A stretch of DNA of 64,000 bases. Source: Rubripirellula sp. Lineage in GTDB: Bacteria; Planctomycetota; Planctomycetia; Pirellulales; Pirellulaceae. Positions 60,472 through 64,000 of the stretch are shown one piece after another. A model generated the notes under the pieces. The model searched no databases and was not told the DNA's origin. It saw nothing but the letters and a program-made list of their open reading frames with translations. Numbering within the stretch: position 1 is the first letter of the stretch; each line of letters opens with the position of its first letter. The stretch spans positions 2,304,001 through 2,368,000 of the forward strand of contig OZ244207.1 of assembly GCA_965216875.1 (NCBI GenBank). Reading direction: 5' to 3'. The position numbers and the translations under genes were made by a program.

Positions 60472-60858
60472 ATGAAGACCAATACAAAACGCGTTTTTGT
60501 GATCGTGGGTTTGCTCTTCGCGTGCTTCGTTGTCACGGTGAGCTGGTCGGCGTTCAAAGCGGTGGCATGGGCTCGTGACCTACCCAATCGCGTTGTCATT
60601 GATGTCGAACCCATGGCAAATGCCTTCGGTCAAGCAGTCAACGATTCCTACCATCTCGCTCTGCGTGGAAGCGATGAAACGGTTCAGCTTCAAGTGCTCG
60701 AAGATCAATTCGAGCCTTTGATACGCGAAAGCGATGAAGGAGCCGAATGGATCCGTAAGGAGTTCCACGACGATCTCTCAGCACTTGTCGACTCGAGTAA
60801 CCCCGAGGTTTCAAAGGCAGCGTCCAACATCCTCTCGTTGTTAGATGGGGCAAAGTAG
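60472..60858 (+). CDS. Hypothetical protein with N-terminal TM and HEAT-like helical C-terminus
   Basis: AGGA RBS; hydrophobic N-terminal helix; LVDSSNPEVSKAA. Confidence 0.7.
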   Translation: MKTNTKRVFVIVGLLFACFVVTVSWSAFKAVAWARDLPNRVVIDVEPMANAFGQAVNDSYHLALRGSDETVQLQVLEDQFEPLIRESDEGAEWIRKEFHDDLSALVDSSNPEVSKAASNILSLLDGAK

Positions 60859-60910
60859 AGTGCAGGCTGCTGCCTACCTTTGCCGGGCCCGACCTTTGTT
60901 CAGTCCAATA

Positions 60911-61981
60911 TCAGTCACGTGGAACTTCGATGCCGCGGATCAGCGTGGCGAGTTCTTCGTCCGTATTGCGACCTTCGATTTCCGCTTCTGCAGTGAGCTG
61001 CACGCGGTGCCTAAGTGCGGGCACGGCGATGTCAACGACATCATCAGGGATCGCGTAGTCACGACCGCCGAACGCCGCCAACGTTCGCGCTGACTGCATC
61101 AGCGCGAGCCCCGCACGCGGTGATGCTCCAATGTGAAACGCCGGCCATGTTCGCGTTGCTCGGACGATTTTGTTGATGTAGTCGACAAGGTTGTCTTCGA
61201 TCAACACAGTGCCACACATCTCAATCACTTTTTGCAATTGCTCGGGATTGGTCACCTTGCGAACTTCTTCCATCAGTCGTTTGTTGACGTCCACCTGTTT
61301 GCTGTGCAGCTTCAGAATCTCAGCTTCTTGTTCGGCAGTCGGATAGTCGACGCGCAACTTGAACATAAAGCGGTCAAGTTGAGCTTCAGGCAAGTTGTAG
61401 GTGCCTTCGCTCTCGAGTGGGTTCTGTGTTGCGAGCACCAGGAACGGGCGTGGCACTTTGTGGCTCGTTCCATCAATCGTTACCCGATACTCCTGCATGA
61501 TTTCCAGCAGCGCCGCGTGCGTTTTCGCCGGCGATCGGTTGATTTCATCAGCAAGCAAGAACTGGGTGAAGACCGGGCCGGGGCGAAAACGAAACTCGCT
61601 TTCCTGCATGTCAAACACGGGCGCACCGGTGATGTCCGATGGCATCAAGTCCGCGGTGAACTGGATTCTTCCGTTCTCGCAACCTAGCACCTGGCCAAGC
61701 GTTCGGACGAACAGTGTTTTCCCAAGTCCGGGAACCGACTCGATCAGAACGTGGCCCCCCGAAAACAGCGCAGTCAGCGTGCCAAGCACGAGTTCATCCT
61801 GGCCGACATACAGCTTGCCGATCTCCGCGGAGATCGCATCAAAAAGCTGTTGGACAGGCTTGAACTTTTCCGATTGGACGCGAGCGGCTTGTGGCGTTGC
61901 GCCTCCAGAGGCTGGGTTACCGGAGGTTGGATTACCTGATCCGGGTGCGCCTGGCACGTCGCTTGGGGGAACATTACTCAA
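60911..61981 (-). CDS. moxR: MoxR-family AAA+ ATPase
   Basis: HVLIESVPGLGKT, RIQFTADLMPSDITG, LADEINR, ATQNPLESEGTYNLPEAQLDRF and GASPRA. Confidence 0.95.
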   Translation of the reverse strand: MSNVPPSDVPGAPGSGNPTSGNPASGGATPQAARVQSEKFKPVQQLFDAISAEIGKLYVGQDELVLGTLTALFSGGHVLIESVPGLGKTLFVRTLGQVLGCENGRIQFTADLMPSDITGAPVFDMQESEFRFRPGPVFTQFLLADEINRSPAKTHAALLEIMQEYRVTIDGTSHKVPRPFLVLATQNPLESEGTYNLPEAQLDRFMFKLRVDYPTAEQEAEILKLHSKQVDVNKRLMEEVRKVTNPEQLQKVIEMCGTVLIEDNLVDYINKIVRATRTWPAFHIGASPRAGLALMQSARTLAAFGGRDYAIPDDVVDIAVPALRHRVQLTAEAEIEGRNTDEELATLIRGIEVPRD

Positions 61982-63531
61982 GGTTCTTCCTCTTTCTTAT
62001 CTTGAGAAGTATCTCGTGTTTGTTGGGGTGCCGATTGCGATCCATTTGCTGGCAATTTCTGCGAGCTCTCGGCAGACGCTTCGGGCGTCAATTGAACATC
62101 CAGCAACTCGTCATCACCTAGGCTGTCGTCAAGCAGCGCATCATCAAGCAGCGATGCGGTTGCGTTGGGCTGAGCGGAGTTGACCGCATTTGATCCCGCG
62201 GGTTGTTGAGTCTTGTTGACCGTTGCGCCGGAGCCAAAGTGCTTTCTGAGAGGCGCGTTGATATTCGTGGTGGTATCGGGCTTTTTATCTGGAATCACCC
62301 ATCGGCCACTCGTCTCGCCGTGCATTCGCTTTAGATACTCACTGATTTTGGTTCGAGCAAATGCCTCGCCCCCAGCTTTGTTCATCAGCGCAGCGACGGC
62401 GTCGAGGTGGTCTCCAAAGTTGCTGTGCTGCGTTTGGTCCACTTTGCGGGGGCGCCCAAAGATCGGAAACAGCATCAAGCAAATGACGACACCCAAGAAC
62501 ACGCCGTGAATGGTGATCAAAGAAAGCGGGTAGACGGTCAACAATTCCATGCCGCTGGCCTTCGGAACACCCGGTTCCGATTCACTCACCGAGATATCGT
62601 TACCCCAAGTCAACATGAACCCGATCCGCAAATCATCGTCGCCCGCGGGAGTGGCTTCTTCGATGATGGCGTCCGCAATCCGTCGATTCGCCGGCTCGGT
62701 GAACCCGTAATTGGTCAGCAGCGAGCCACTGTTAACAACGATGACTCGCGAATTACTCCACTGTTTGTGGGTCACCTCGCCAATGACGACTTTACCCGTA
62801 CTCGAGGTAACCAGCGGGTTGAATGGGTGCGATTGCGAGTAGCCGGCAAATCCACTTTTGGTGCAAAGGAATTGGCCACCACGATCGGTCGCCAGTTGCG
62901 ATACCGAATTGTACGACTCTTCATCGAAAGCGTAGACCGAAAACTCGACACTCGTCGACGACGGCCGAACATCCTCGCCATTGATCCGATCAGCCCACGC
63001 GCCGCCGACTACACCGATTGGCTCACGGACCATATCGTCGCTGAAAAGAAACCAGCCATTGGTCGCACTGGCTCGAGGCGACATCTGCCCCATCAGCCGC
63101 TCGTTCAGTTTTGCGGCGGCGCGGCGGCGGTATTCCAACCGGTGCTCCGGTGGGGCAAGCTTTGACGCGTCAGTCCAGTAGTCGATTTCGCTTCCAGAGT
63201 CGGGCAGGACATAGACAAGCGTCTTATTTCCAGATCGCAACCATTGGTGCATCCATTCCGTGCTTTTGTCTTCGAAACTGGCGATGGTACGTGGCGTCCA
63301 TACAAGCACATCGGTTTGCTTGACGCGCCGGGTAAGCCGAGTGATGTCGCGGGCTTCGAATCCAGCTTCTTCGAAACTATTGCGCAGCGACCCAAAGCCG
63401 TTGATACTGACGCGACCGGCTGAACCACGCGACGGACCGTACGCAGTCTTTAGTTCTGAAGCGCATCCAGAACACACCGCCGTCAACAGAACCGCGATGA
63501 TCGCGATCCATTTGCCTTTGATCCAAATCAC
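61978..63531 (-). CDS. DUF4350-like lipoprotein/membrane protein of the MoxR cluster
   Basis: GTGA overlap with the upstream gene; lipobox-like VCSGC; SINGFG; LLTN; TM followed by PIFGRP; HLDAVAAL. Confidence 0.7.
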   Translation of the reverse strand: MIWIKGKWIAIIAVLLTAVCSGCASELKTAYGPSRGSAGRVSINGFGSLRNSFEEAGFEARDITRLTRRVKQTDVLVWTPRTIASFEDKSTEWMHQWLRSGNKTLVYVLPDSGSEIDYWTDASKLAPPEHRLEYRRRAAAKLNERLMGQMSPRASATNGWFLFSDDMVREPIGVVGGAWADRINGEDVRPSSTSVEFSVYAFDEESYNSVSQLATDRGGQFLCTKSGFAGYSQSHPFNPLVTSSTGKVVIGEVTHKQWSNSRVIVVNSGSLLTNYGFTEPANRRIADAIIEEATPAGDDDLRIGFMLTWGNDISVSESEPGVPKASGMELLTVYPLSLITIHGVFLGVVICLMLFPIFGRPRKVDQTQHSNFGDHLDAVAALMNKAGGEAFARTKISEYLKRMHGETSGRWVIPDKKPDTTTNINAPLRKHFGSGATVNKTQQPAGSNAVNSAQPNATASLLDDALLDDSLGDDELLDVQLTPEASAESSQKLPANGSQSAPQQTRDTSQDKKEEEP

Positions 63532-63998
63532 GCGGCGACCTCCTGTCGATGCTTCACAATCTCTTCGAGCTTTGAGTTTCCACGCCAAAGATCTTTGAAA
63601 GTGTCGCCCCGGATTTCATGGCGCCCAAAATAGGACTGTTCGAATGCCCGGACTGTCTCGCGCAAAAGGGTTGCTGCCGAAGGATCGCCCGCTTTCGTTT
63701 CGCGTACGTATTTGCCATTCGTCTTGCCGCGGTTGAGACGCAAGAGGCCAGCGCGGTCGAGCAGCAAGAGTTGATGTCCGAACAAAAGGATGATGGCTTG
63801 ATCAAAAGCACCTAGCCCCATCAAACGCTCGGCCTCCGTACGTAGATTCACATCGGTACGTCTCAGTTCGGCCGGCAGGTGCTTGATTCGCTCGAGCGTC
63901 TGCTCATCCGGCGATTCATCTTCTCGCTTCGCTTTCTTTGCGTTGTCGCTACCAAAGTCGACTTCGGATTTCGAGATGGCAAACAACAAAAGGCCAAC
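63528..63998 (-). CDS. DUF4129-domain protein, 5'-partial
   Basis: AIILLF...LLRLNRGKTNGKYVRE...FEQSYFG; runs off the window edge. Confidence 0.8.
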   Translation of the reverse strand, partial: VGLLLFAISKSEVDFGSDNAKKAKREDESPDEQTLERIKHLPAELRRTDVNLRTEAERLMGLGAFDQAIILLFGHQLLLLDRAGLLRLNRGKTNGKYVRETKAGDPSAATLLRETVRAFEQSYFGRHEIRGDTFKDLWRGNSKLEEIVKHRQEVAA

Positions 63999-64000
63999 GA

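Overview
Gene-dense, GC-rich bacterial chromosome segment, almost certainly from a planctomycete (Pirellulaceae-like). The evidence is a set of phylum-typical families: DUF1559 prepilin/H-X9-DG, DUF1501, DUF1549/DUF1553, a PSCyt1 cytochrome and an LEPR-XLL/ELLEDRRLL secreted protein. About 44 CDS are supported. They include housekeeping genes (glnE partial, nusB, glgB, panC, queA, galM), sugar-acid catabolism, two glycosylation clusters, an ECF sigma/anti-sigma pair, a heme-c chemoreceptor and a MoxR cluster. I saw no rRNA, tRNA, CRISPR array or transposase, but many of the larger intergenic gaps carry REP-like palindromes of several families. The most interesting items are: (1) a four-gene exported heme-c operon (DUF1501, PPC protein, DUF1549/1553, cytochrome-WD40) ending in a coiled coil of about 620 aa; (2) a Cys-rich membrane ORF with a Pro-rich C-terminus upstream of a DUF1559 pilin-like gene, possibly a metal-sensing leader; (3) a UDP-xylose synthase, GT2, GT-C-like and AsmA-like gene run, possibly a lipid-linked xylosylation system; (4) two apparent pseudo-enzymes, an RNase H fold lacking catalytic acids and a GlnE whose N-terminal domain has lost its DxD motif; (5) a secreted Arg/Gly-rich disordered protein. 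All family calls come from motif recognition by eye; no database search was run.
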